Part shown: in pieces, positions 9,672 to 18,711 of the stretch
Layout: each line of letters opens with the position of its first letter
How positions within the stretch are numbered: position 1 is the stretch's first letter
Assembly: GCA_965216565.1 (NCBI GenBank)
Contig: OZ244170.1
Location: forward strand, 4,864,001 to 4,928,000
DNA: 64,000 nucleotides
DNA from: Bythopirellula sp.
GTDB taxonomy: Bacteria; Planctomycetota; Planctomycetia; Pirellulales; Lacipirellulaceae
Direction: 5' to 3'
Translations under genes and position numbers: made by a program
The notes under the pieces: generated by a model
What the model was told of the DNA's origin: nothing
Seen by the model: only the letters and a program-made list of their open reading frames with translations
Database searches by the model: none

Positions 9672-10835
9672 ATGATGGACAAGACGAGTAACCACAGAAC
9701 TAGCGGTTTCACATTAGTAGAGCTGCTGGTGGTGATTGCGATTATCGGGGTGCTCGTGGCCCTGCTACTTCCAGCCGTTCAAGCGGCGCGAGAGGCAGCG
9801 CGCCGCACCCAGTGTAAGAACAATCTGAAGCAGGTTGGTATTGCCACACAAAACTTTGTTGACACGTACAAGCATTTCCCCACGGGGGGAACCAAAAACG
9901 ATCCTAGTTTCGATGCCTACTTCACGGGCGGTAAGCCCAACGGTCCGTTGAGGCAATGCTTGGGATGGGCGTATCAATTACTTCCGTTCCTAGAGCAGTC
10001 GAATGTGAAAGATGCAGCGGCTTCGCTCAATGATGGCACAGCAACCATGAATGCCATGCGCGCTCTCTCCGAGACGCCAATCACCATGTACAACTGCCCT
10101 TCCCGTCGAGGGCCAACAAAAGGCGTAGAGATGGGCGGGGCCTTCTCTGGGTTCAGCTTTTACTTAATGGATTATGCAGCAGCCCTGGCAGGTCCTACAC
10201 GAAATAGCTACGACTCGTCACAATTCTCGGCCAGCTCGTTCGACGCCTTACTTGATGATCCTTCCGGCGACCTGAATGCATTGTGGTGGGGATGCAAATC
10301 TGGATGCAATGGCTCTGCGTATCCCTACGGGTTTACGAAGAGTCTGGTTAACAAATACTCAAATGCTGAGTATCGAGGGATCGTCCAGAGAGTTGATTGG
10401 TCGCAATATGCTCCAAATGATACCAATGCCTGGTCTGTTGGATTCACGCAGAAAGTCTCTTTCAAGAGTATTACTGATGGCTCGAGCAACACGATGTGGG
10501 TGGGCGAAAAGAGGCTTATTCCCAGCCAGTACGATACCGGCAATAGCTGGGACAATCGGGGCTGGTCGGATGGATGGGATTGGGACATCCTGCGATCGAC
10601 ATTCTGGATGATGGGGCCCGATGCAGAGACGCCCGCCTTCAACGATCATAAAAATGGAACGACTGGGCCTATCCGCGGTGGTGGTAGAAGCTTCGGCTCG
10701 CCACACTCCGGTGGCATGAATAGCGTATTCGCTGACGGTTCGGTTCAATTCATCAATTTTGAAGTTGACCGTGAACTTTTCAATCTCATTGGCAACAGAG
10801 CTGATGGCGAAATAGCAAACATCAATGAACTTTAA
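9672..10835 (+). CDS. DUF1559 prepilin-type N-terminal cleavage/methylation protein
   Basis: [40 protein letters not shown] and the H-X9-DG motif (HSGGMNSVFADGSV). SD GAGGT precedes ATG 9672/9675. Confidence 0.95.
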   Translation: MMDKTSNHRTSGFTLVELLVVIAIIGVLVALLLPAVQAAREAARRTQCKNNLKQVGIATQNFVDTYKHFPTGGTKNDPSFDAYFTGGKPNGPLRQCLGWAYQLLPFLEQSNVKDAAASLNDGTATMNAMRALSETPITMYNCPSRRGPTKGVEMGGAFSGFSFYLMDYAAALAGPTRNSYDSSQFSASSFDALLDDPSGDLNALWWGCKSGCNGSAYPYGFTKSLVNKYSNAEYRGIVQRVDWSQYAPNDTNAWSVGFTQKVSFKSITDGSSNTMWVGEKRLIPSQYDTGNSWDNRGWSDGWDWDILRSTFWMMGPDAETPAFNDHKNGTTGPIRGGGRSFGSPHSGGMNSVFADGSVQFINFEVDRELFNLIGNRADGEIANINEL

Positions 10836-10915
10836 CAGACTGCTCAAAGGATTTCGTACGTTCTTTCGACCCTAGCAAACTCAACCTCTGATTCATTCCT
10901 TGTGGGAACTACGTC

Positions 10916-12097
10916 ATGCGAAACAAATCCTATCTTGCCAACGCAATCGTGGCTTTCGGCCTCATTGTGCTCTCGGCTTCACAGCTACTGGCCCAATCAC
11001 ATATCAACAATCACTTGGGCATCAATGGCCTGCACTACCTGCCAAAATCCATATTTAACAATCTCTTGGGTACGACTATCACCCCGGACCCGAACGCTGC
11101 AAACCCGCACGCCATTCCCACTGCGGACTATGTGAATAACAATTCGGTTTCGTTCACCGAAAGCAATGTAGACATTCCTCCTCCCTGCGTATCGAGTCCA
11201 GCTACCTGCTCTTCGGGGGGCGGAAGTCTCTTTGAGTCCAATGGCCACCAGTTCATCTTTTCTGCCGATGGTGGTGCGACACCCTACGCTTTTCAAGAGG
11301 AAAACGCTTTTGACATCAGCTTCAACATGGTTGTGACGTCAAATGACCCACTCAATCGAAAAGGCATCGGTTTTCAGTTAAACTCCGATCCTAACGGTAC
11401 AAACAACGTGACTCAGTTTACCGCTCAAACTACGGATAGTTTGTTTGGAGGTTCGCCCCCGGGCAATCTAGGTGTCTCAGGCTCAACACTGTTGCCCAAC
11501 TTTCCCTTTGGCACCTTGTATACTGATGGCAGTACAATACGTGTGGGGATCATCTATCTCCCCCCCGAGCGAACAGGCGGCGGCGTATTGCTGACACCTG
11601 GCACTTTGGAATATCAGGTTGATTTAGATCCCAACAATGCTGGTGGTGAACTCACAACTGGGCCCTTAGATATTGACTCGAAGACCGTCAACGGACTCAT
11701 GATCGACGGTGGGATCATTGATGGTTCAGCCTTCGGTTTCCGAATTCAGGTTGTAGCAGACAACTCCAGCAACGACTTCTACACGGCTACGTTCTCGGAT
11801 TTCGAAATTCTCAATCCCCTGGAGAATGCTGACTTCAATGAGGATGGATTTGTCGACGGCCTCGACTTCCTCGTTTGGCAGCAAAACGTTGGGTCGATTG
11901 GATCTGGAACACTCGCCACTGGCGATGCCAATGGCGATACAAATGTGAATGGCGCCGATCTCGCGATTTGGGAAAGTCGATATGGTAGTACCTTCTCAGT
12001 AGCGTCGGTATCAGTGGTCCCAGAACCGAGGGCCTTTGTCCTGCTGGCTACAGGATTTGTCGTTCTACCAAGGCTCAAGAGACGCAGAGGCGAGTAG
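10916..12097 (+). CDS. Secreted PEP-CTERM protein with dockerin-like repeats
   Basis: Signal peptide; ADFNEDGFVDGLDFLVWQ and GDANGDTNVNGADL; VPEP + TM + KRRR. Confidence 0.9.
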   Translation: MRNKSYLANAIVAFGLIVLSASQLLAQSHINNHLGINGLHYLPKSIFNNLLGTTITPDPNAANPHAIPTADYVNNNSVSFTESNVDIPPPCVSSPATCSSGGGSLFESNGHQFIFSADGGATPYAFQEENAFDISFNMVVTSNDPLNRKGIGFQLNSDPNGTNNVTQFTAQTTDSLFGGSPPGNLGVSGSTLLPNFPFGTLYTDGSTIRVGIIYLPPERTGGGVLLTPGTLEYQVDLDPNNAGGELTTGPLDIDSKTVNGLMIDGGIIDGSAFGFRIQVVADNSSNDFYTATFSDFEILNPLENADFNEDGFVDGLDFLVWQQNVGSIGSGTLATGDANGDTNVNGADLAIWESRYGSTFSVASVSVVPEPRAFVLLATGFVVLPRLKRRRGE

Positions 12098-12174
12098 TTG
12101 AGGGAGAATTGGAGCCTATAGTGGGCACCGCTGAACTTGTTTCAGTTTCTGAAAACGTTTTTCGTTGTATTTTC

Positions 12175-12230
12175 TTGACTTTTCTAGACCCCGGGATTAA
12201 CGTAAGTGGAGAAACCTGCAAGCGCTTTCA
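12175..12230 (+). promoter_or_regulatory. sigma70-like promoter plus LacI-type operator
   Basis: TTGACT (12175-12180), 17 nt, TAACGT. Operator TGCAAGCGCTTTCA (12217-12230) is the exact reverse complement of the 9584 site. A weaker TGAAAACGTTTTTC lies at 12150-12163. Confidence 0.72.
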
Positions 12231-12350
12231 TGGTTGGCGAGGCTAACTTTGATCGTCGTTTGTGTGAATTGACTTTGTTGGACGAGCAGCGTTGTTTGTC
12301 CTAGCTACTTGTCTTTGTGTTCATTTTTTCCGTTTTGGGAGGTTGATCTA

Positions 12351-13124
12351 ATGAAGAAACTTCTTGCATGCTTCGCTGTGCTCTTAATGGCAACGTCCGT
12401 TGCCTCCGCTCAGCAAAATCTTTTGGACGATGGGTCGTTCGACCTAGCCACACACAATTCAAATGATTCCGTTAGTAATAGCAATTGGGTTCTAGACTTC
12501 AACAAGCCTGATGGCAACGACGCTGCATTCAGAACCCAATCGGGTTTTGCCAATTCAGAGAACACCGGCGCTGGGGGATCGCAAGGATTTCCCAATGGTC
12601 GAGGCCTTTGGTTCCGTGGATTTGAAGGTGACCAGGAAGATACCGATCCTAATGCGTGTGCTGCTGACCCCAATAGCAGCGGATGCGGTGGAGCCGGCGA
12701 TGCACTGGGCCGAGGTTCAGCTACACAGATAGTCTCCGCTCCTCAGAGTGGTGACTACACTTTGTTTTTCCAAGCTGCCAAAGAAGAACACTTTACGGCA
12801 GGCATCTGGGAAGTCTCGATTACTTCGGATGGAACGGGCGGATCTGCTTCGGTCGACTTGCTGACTGCTGCGATCGATCCCCTTGGGAACTACAATGTCA
12901 ACAGTGGCCCTCTCTTCGGTGGAGACAGGTTCACTTTGACTTTGACTGGTGTCACAGCTGGCGACAACCTTACAGTGGTTGGTCGCGCGGTCGATATGGT
13001 CGATGCCAATATTAATCCTCAATCGGCCTTCTTGGATCGCTTTGTCCTGCAAGTTCCAGAACCAGCCAGCGCTTTGCTGATGGGTCTGGCTACCTTGGGA
13101 ATGGCTGTTCGCAGACGTCGATAG
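12351..13124 (+). CDS. Secreted PEP-CTERM protein
   Basis: SD GGAGG before ATG 12351; signal peptide MKKLLACFAVLLMATSVASA; VPEP + TM + RRRR. Confidence 0.92.
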   Translation: MKKLLACFAVLLMATSVASAQQNLLDDGSFDLATHNSNDSVSNSNWVLDFNKPDGNDAAFRTQSGFANSENTGAGGSQGFPNGRGLWFRGFEGDQEDTDPNACAADPNSSGCGGAGDALGRGSATQIVSAPQSGDYTLFFQAAKEEHFTAGIWEVSITSDGTGGSASVDLLTAAIDPLGNYNVNSGPLFGGDRFTLTLTGVTAGDNLTVVGRAVDMVDANINPQSAFLDRFVLQVPEPASALLMGLATLGMAVRRRR

Positions 13125-13181
13125 TTACCCTCCCTTTGCAAGGTTCTAGGTTTCTTGAGCAACCGAACCTTGAGAATTGTC

Positions 13182-13216
13182 GGACGTCCACTCCTATCGA
13201 GTGGGCGTCCTTTTTT
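13182..13216 (+). terminator. Rho-independent terminator
   Basis: GGACGTCCACTC-ctatc-GAGTGGGCGTCC stem followed by TTTTTT. Confidence 0.8.
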
Positions 13217-13219
13217 CTT

Positions 13220-14626
13220 ATGAAATCAACGAATAGCCCACATCAACCAATCTTTCCGCCTGAGTTTATCTTGGGCGCTGGTACCTCTGCCTATCAGATT
13301 GAAGGGGCGGTTTCCACGGCTGGACGTACGGCAAGCATCTGGGATACCTTCTGCCAACAGCCTGGCAAAGTCGCGAATGGAGACACTGGGGACTTCGCGT
13401 GCGATCACTACCACCGTTTTCGCGATGACGTTCAATTGATGAAGCAGTTGGGCTTGCGAGCCTATCGGTTGTCTGTCTCTTGGCCCAGGGTGATTCCCAC
13501 TGACTCAGGCACTGTGAACGGCAATGGCTTGGCATTCTATGACGCACTTATTGACGCCCTGCTAGAAGCCAATATCGAGCCGTGGATCACTCTGTATCAT
13601 TGGGATCTTCCACAATATCTGCAAGACGCTGATGGCTGGCTGAACCCGCAGATCGTCAGCCGGTTTGCGGAATACACGCTCGCGGTCGTCGAGCGGCTCT
13701 CTGATCGGGTGGGGCATTGGATCACAATTAACGAACCGCAATGCTTCCTGAAATTTGGCCTTGGTGATGGCACAAATGCCCCAGGGCTTTGCTTGAGCCT
13801 CAAAGATCAATTGCTTGCCGCCCATCATGTGTTGCTTGCCCATGGTCGAGCGGTGCAAGTGATTCGCGAATCGGCCAAATCTTCGCCTCAGGTTGGATTG
13901 GCCCCCGTTGGTCTAACTGCAGTCCCTGATCGGTCTAACCGCGAAGCCCCTCAAGAAAAAGATATCGAAGCTGCACGCACAGCTTCGATGGAGATCCGCT
14001 CTCCTGATCTGTGGAACAATACTTGGTTTAGTGATCCGGTTTTTCTTGGCAGCTATCCCGAGAGTGGTCTGCAAGTTTACGGAAAGGCCGTGCCAAGCTA
14101 CGAACAGAGCGACTTGGATCTAGTTTCCCAACCTTTGGATTTTCTCGGGTTAAATGTGTACACGGCGGAGCGAGTCGTCGCCGCGGAAGATGGCAACTGG
14201 AAAGAGATCCCTTTAGTGGAAGGGCATGCACGCACAGCCTTTGATTGGCCTGTGATTGAAGACTGTTTGTATTGGTCAGCACGATTTCACTACGAGCGTT
14301 ACTCCGTTCCGATCATCATCACAGAAAACGGGATGGCCAATGTCGATTGGGTTGGGGTAGACGGTATGGTGAGCGACCCTCAGCGGATCGATTATCTAAG
14401 CCGTCATCTAGCTGCCTTAAGCCAATGCGTGTCTGAGGGTCACGATGTGCGTGGCTATTTTCATTGGTCGCTGCTGGACAATTTCGAATGGGCTTATGGC
14501 TATGGCCGTCGCTTCGGGCTGATCTATGTTGATTTTCCCTCTGGCCAGCGGCTGCTGAAAGAATCTGCTCATTGGTATCGAGAATTGATTTCAGCCAACA
14601 ACCGAGTCGCCCTCGAGTGCGATTAG
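13220..14626 (+). CDS. GH1 beta-glucosidase
   Basis: TSAYQIEGA, DHYHRF, TLYHWDLP, acid/base INEP, nucleophile ITENG and DNFEW. The probable start is ATG 13220. Confidence 0.96.
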   Translation: MKSTNSPHQPIFPPEFILGAGTSAYQIEGAVSTAGRTASIWDTFCQQPGKVANGDTGDFACDHYHRFRDDVQLMKQLGLRAYRLSVSWPRVIPTDSGTVNGNGLAFYDALIDALLEANIEPWITLYHWDLPQYLQDADGWLNPQIVSRFAEYTLAVVERLSDRVGHWITINEPQCFLKFGLGDGTNAPGLCLSLKDQLLAAHHVLLAHGRAVQVIRESAKSSPQVGLAPVGLTAVPDRSNREAPQEKDIEAARTASMEIRSPDLWNNTWFSDPVFLGSYPESGLQVYGKAVPSYEQSDLDLVSQPLDFLGLNVYTAERVVAAEDGNWKEIPLVEGHARTAFDWPVIEDCLYWSARFHYERYSVPIIITENGMANVDWVGVDGMVSDPQRIDYLSRHLAALSQCVSEGHDVRGYFHWSLLDNFEWAYGYGRRFGLIYVDFPSGQRLLKESAHWYRELISANNRVALECD

Positions 14627-14851
14627 TTCAACTTGAACCCAGCTTTGGGTCGGGTAAGTAAGTTCGACGCTTGACTAGATTTCGAAAATTCTCAAGCAAG
14701 AGCAAGGATTCCTGATCGGATGGCATCGAGAGCAGGCTTTCCGATCATCGGTTGCATCGTTTACAATCTTGCTGTCCTGTTTCTCACGTCGATCTAGGGG
14801 ATCCCCTCGGCAAGACAAGCCGAGGGCGATATCAAGCATTCGAGATCAGCT

Positions 14852-17164
14852 TTGATGAATTCTTCCGATCCCTTCGAACAGCAGCTTGATGATTTTGACG
14901 CGGCCTGGAATAGCGAGAGTGTGCCTTCGATCGACGACTATTTGCTTGCTGCGACTGAAGCTAATCAGCGCGAAATGCTCGTCGAACTTGTCATGATCGA
15001 TCTGGAGTATCGTTGGCGGCCCACCCAGGATTCGACTAATTTGCAGGACGCGCAAGGTGGCACGTTGCCTTGGTTTCCTTTGTTGAGAGACTACCAGTGT
15101 CTCTATCCTCTGCTGGGATCCTACGATGCGTTACCACTTTCGTTGATTGCTGAAGAATATCGAGTCCGCACTCGATGGGGCGATCGCCCCACTCGGGATC
15201 AATATTTGATGACCTATGGAGATCGCGACGGCGGTATCAGATCTTGCTTAGATAACGTAGACGCCGAGCTGCAGTTGCCCGATTTCGCAAAAACCGAACT
15301 GGCGAGGCAAGATTCAGCGGCAAACACCCCGAGCTTACTGTCAGGAAAAACAAGCCGAGAGCAGCTCCAAGTGGGAGATTTGGTCGACGATTTTCGACTG
15401 CTGAACAAACTAGGTTCCGGCGCGTTTGCCGACGTATTTCTGGCGCAGCAACGATCGATGCACCGCTTAGTTGCCCTGAAAGTTTCGGAGACCTTCAGCT
15501 CCGAGCCAAAAGTACTTTCAGCATTGAATCATCCGAACATAGTACGCGTCTACGACGAACGCCAGGTCCAGGGGTTAAGCCTGCTGTACATGCAGTATGT
15601 GTCGGGAGGGAATCTGAGAGAAATTTTGGACGACATGAAAGTCTCCAAAATGAAAGAATTTTCAGGCCAAGTTTTCTTGGATGCGATTCAAAACGTTTTG
15701 GAAACCAAAGGAGAGATACCTTCGATAAGTCGAATTGTTTCGCCGGTCCAAGATATGGATTGGCCGACAACGGTGGGATGGATCGGCGTCGGGCTGGCTA
15801 GTGCGTTGCAACATGCCCATGAGCAAGAGGTGCATCATAGAGATATCAAGTTTGAAAATATTCTGGTTACCGCAGGAGGTCGGCCAATGCTGGTCGATTT
15901 TAACCTTGGATTCGGAGAATCGCTTGCGTACGACCATGGAGTGTTGTTCGGGGGAAGTCTCGCCTATATGTCTGCCGAACAGTTAGAAGTTTTGCTCCAC
16001 CGCCGCAATCCAAAAGATGTGAGCCCTGAAAGCGACTTCTATTCTTTGTCAATCGTGTTGTGGGAGTTGCTCACGGGAAGTCGACCCTTCGATGGCGATG
16101 CCGATAAGGGGGAGAACACTCTCCAGAAAATGTTGGAACTCCGTCAACAGGGTGCCGACCCATCCGCGTTGCCAACCAAGTGCCCAGGGGGAATGCGAAA
16201 AACGGTGCTCGAGAGCCTGAACCCTTCGCAAGCTGACAATCTCTTGGACGGCTTAACCTATCTCAGACGACTCCAATTGTCGTTGCTACCGGAAGTTGAC
16301 GAGCTACTGTCGCCACCCCCAAACAGCCAGCAGGCGAAGTGGGCCAAACATCCCACTTTTTGGTTACTGTTGTTTGGTATCGTTCCGAACGTCATTGTCT
16401 CATTGATCAATATCTGGGCCAATTCTCGTCTGACCACGCATCATTTTGATCGCCAGTTTTTTTGGGGCCAACAGTTGCCAGTTGTAAATACAATCAATTA
16501 CTCGCTGGGCACCATTTCAATGCTTGGGATCTTGTGGCCTTTGCTTCGAGTTCTCTGGAAGGAAGATGTTGCGAGCTTGCACAAAGAACAGAAGGCCAGT
16601 CTCGGGTATCGTTGCCTCGCAGCACCGGGCTGGATAGCAGCTGTCATTGTGATGCTGTGGATCTTCTCGGGAGTGGTGTTTCCCATGTGGAATCGCGTAG
16701 CACCGGAAAGTTCGGTTGGATTAACCGATTCGTTGGTCTTCTTGAGTTCTCAGATCCTACACGGGATTATTGCAGCGGCCACGACTTTCGTTTTCATCTC
16801 GCTTGTACTTGTGACAGCTCTCTTCCCACTGATGATCGGCGAAAGGGAGGATCCGCAGGGCGTGGTGCGCTTGGCAAGATTCCGTAACCTATTGAATCGT
16901 TCGGTGACTTGCCTGGGTCTTTCACCTCTGTTAGCGATCTTGCTATTAGCCCTAACCGATTGGGGGGATGATCAAGCCGAACAGTCGGTGTTTGTGATGC
17001 TGGCATTGGTCGGATTTGCGGGCCACTGGATTGCCTCTAGAATCATCCCCTTCATTTCCGCCAAGGTTGAAGCCTTGATGCTGGCGCTCGCTCCGACTAC
17101 TGAATTGCCCGGCATGACCGTCGTCGATGCGTTCCGCGGTACAGTGAGCGATAGATCAAGGTAG
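14852..17164 (+). CDS. Membrane Ser/Thr protein kinase with a planctomycete-type N-terminal domain and multiple C-terminal TM helices
   Basis: LGSGAFADV, VALK, HPNIV, HRDIKFEN, DFN, GSLAYMSAEQ; about 6 hydrophobic helices at the C-terminus. Confidence 0.93.
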   Translation: MMNSSDPFEQQLDDFDAAWNSESVPSIDDYLLAATEANQREMLVELVMIDLEYRWRPTQDSTNLQDAQGGTLPWFPLLRDYQCLYPLLGSYDALPLSLIAEEYRVRTRWGDRPTRDQYLMTYGDRDGGIRSCLDNVDAELQLPDFAKTELARQDSAANTPSLLSGKTSREQLQVGDLVDDFRLLNKLGSGAFADVFLAQQRSMHRLVALKVSETFSSEPKVLSALNHPNIVRVYDERQVQGLSLLYMQYVSGGNLREILDDMKVSKMKEFSGQVFLDAIQNVLETKGEIPSISRIVSPVQDMDWPTTVGWIGVGLASALQHAHEQEVHHRDIKFENILVTAGGRPMLVDFNLGFGESLAYDHGVLFGGSLAYMSAEQLEVLLHRRNPKDVSPESDFYSLSIVLWELLTGSRPFDGDADKGENTLQKMLELRQQGADPSALPTKCPGGMRKTVLESLNPSQADNLLDGLTYLRRLQLSLLPEVDELLSPPPNSQQAKWAKHPTFWLLLFGIVPNVIVSLINIWANSRLTTHHFDRQFFWGQQLPVVNTINYSLGTISMLGILWPLLRVLWKEDVASLHKEQKASLGYRCLAAPGWIAAVIVMLWIFSGVVFPMWNRVAPESSVGLTDSLVFLSSQILHGIIAAATTFVFISLVLVTALFPLMIGEREDPQGVVRLARFRNLLNRSVTCLGLSPLLAILLLALTDWGDDQAEQSVFVMLALVGFAGHWIASRIIPFISAKVEALMLALAPTTELPGMTVVDAFRGTVSDRSR

Positions 17165-18706
17165 ACTTGGTATCCCGATGAGTGGATCTTCTGCCCCAAT
17201 GATATCTACGCTTTTTACCAGAGAACGCTCTGCATCAAAATTATCGGTTGCTGCGTCGCCCCCTAGGGTCAGTGTGTGAGCGATTTCTCGTCCCGAGACT
17301 GCATCTTTTGCTCCCACGCTCACTAATCCCTCCGAATCATATTGCATGGTGACTTCGATCGGATAATTGGCTTTAGGCTCTGCAATCGGTCCAAAGGAGA
17401 AGCTGCCCAGGCTAAAGGCGTCAGACGGGTTTCCTTTGGACTGCACTACTTCGATTGTCATCCGTGTTTGGTCATTTCGCGACGTCTTAAAGATCCGCTT
17501 CCCCCGCTCTGGCAGCAGCGAATTCCGCTTGACTAGATTGTAGATGGCTTGCTTACCCGTGCGGGGATTGCGAATCCGAACTCCTAAGTCATAGCCTGCT
17601 ATGGATTGCCGATACGAGGCACCTTCAGGATTGCTGCCCGCTCCGATCTTAGCAGCAAGCATGGCAGCCCCGTAAGCGACCGCGTTTTCTGGGTGGCGCG
17701 ATATGATTTCTACCGGGGCATTGCCTACCAGTTCTTCTATGAATTTTCTGACTGCATGAATTTGCGTCGACCCGCCTACCAAGTAAATCTTATCTAGATC
17801 TCCCAGTTCGAGATTTCCAGACTGCAGACACCTGTGGACGATTTCCCCAGTGCGTTGGAGCATTGGTTGGATCAGCCTCTCAAAGTGAGTTTGTGCAAGC
17901 ACAAACTTGAAGGGCTCGGTGCCAATTATGGTACTGTGCCGCACTTGTGTGTTTTTATTACTGCTAAGGCTGATCTTTGTATCATCCGCTAAGCGACGAA
18001 GCTGGGATTGCACCTCTGGAGATTGAGGGAGACTAGTGTGGCTTCGGCTCTGAAAAGCCTCCTTCATCTGCTGCATAATGAGCTCGTCGATCCAACTACC
18101 GCCAATCTCCGTTTCACCTTCGGAAGCGAGTACGTGTAGCGAATCGCGCGAGCCTCGCAGGACTGAGGCATCGAACGATCCTCCTCCAAGGTCGTAGACC
18201 AGAATAGTTTGATCTTGAATATAGTCTTTAGTAAGAAAAGTAGCCGCAGCGACCGACTCATCAACCAACGAGGGAACCCCAATGTCCGCTAGCTCTGCTG
18301 CGCGACGAACCGCACGGCGCTTCGTGTCGCCAAAATGCGAAGGGACGGCGATGACCGCTCTACTGATTTCTTCAAAGGTAGTTGCCTGCAAATCATAGCG
18401 CAACTTCGAAAGAACTAGTGAGTTGATCGCCGCTGCTGACCAGTCTCGGCCCTGGAAGTCCTGAAATACCGGCAATCGATCTCCCAACTGCAGCTTGCTA
18501 TTCCGCACCGCCTTAATTGCATCTTCGTCAGGCAGAACCTTCACGCTTTCCCCAACGACGCATCCCAGCTCACTTAGATGAACGAGCGAAGGCGTATGGA
18601 ATTCGCTGGCATCGCGGGAGACGGGGACCAGTGTAGGAATCCCCTCTGCGTTCACGTGGGCAATAGTAGAATAAGATGTGCCAAGATCAATACCGACGGG
18701 AATCAT
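17156..18706 (-). CDS. Hsp70-family protein (non-DnaK, lacks the C-terminal lid)
   Basis: VGIDLGTSYS, AVIAVPSHF, VYDLGGGSFD, LVGGSTQI, AVAYGAA, substrate-binding-domain-like TSRNDQT and IEVTMQYD; only 516 aa. Confidence 0.93.
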   Translation of the reverse strand: MIPVGIDLGTSYSTIAHVNAEGIPTLVPVSRDASEFHTPSLVHLSELGCVVGESVKVLPDEDAIKAVRNSKLQLGDRLPVFQDFQGRDWSAAAINSLVLSKLRYDLQATTFEEISRAVIAVPSHFGDTKRRAVRRAAELADIGVPSLVDESVAAATFLTKDYIQDQTILVYDLGGGSFDASVLRGSRDSLHVLASEGETEIGGSWIDELIMQQMKEAFQSRSHTSLPQSPEVQSQLRRLADDTKISLSSNKNTQVRHSTIIGTEPFKFVLAQTHFERLIQPMLQRTGEIVHRCLQSGNLELGDLDKIYLVGGSTQIHAVRKFIEELVGNAPVEIISRHPENAVAYGAAMLAAKIGAGSNPEGASYRQSIAGYDLGVRIRNPRTGKQAIYNLVKRNSLLPERGKRIFKTSRNDQTRMTIEVVQSKGNPSDAFSLGSFSFGPIAEPKANYPIEVTMQYDSEGLVSVGAKDAVSGREIAHTLTLGGDAATDNFDAERSLVKSVDIIGAEDPLIGIPSLP

Positions 18707-18711
18707 AATAG

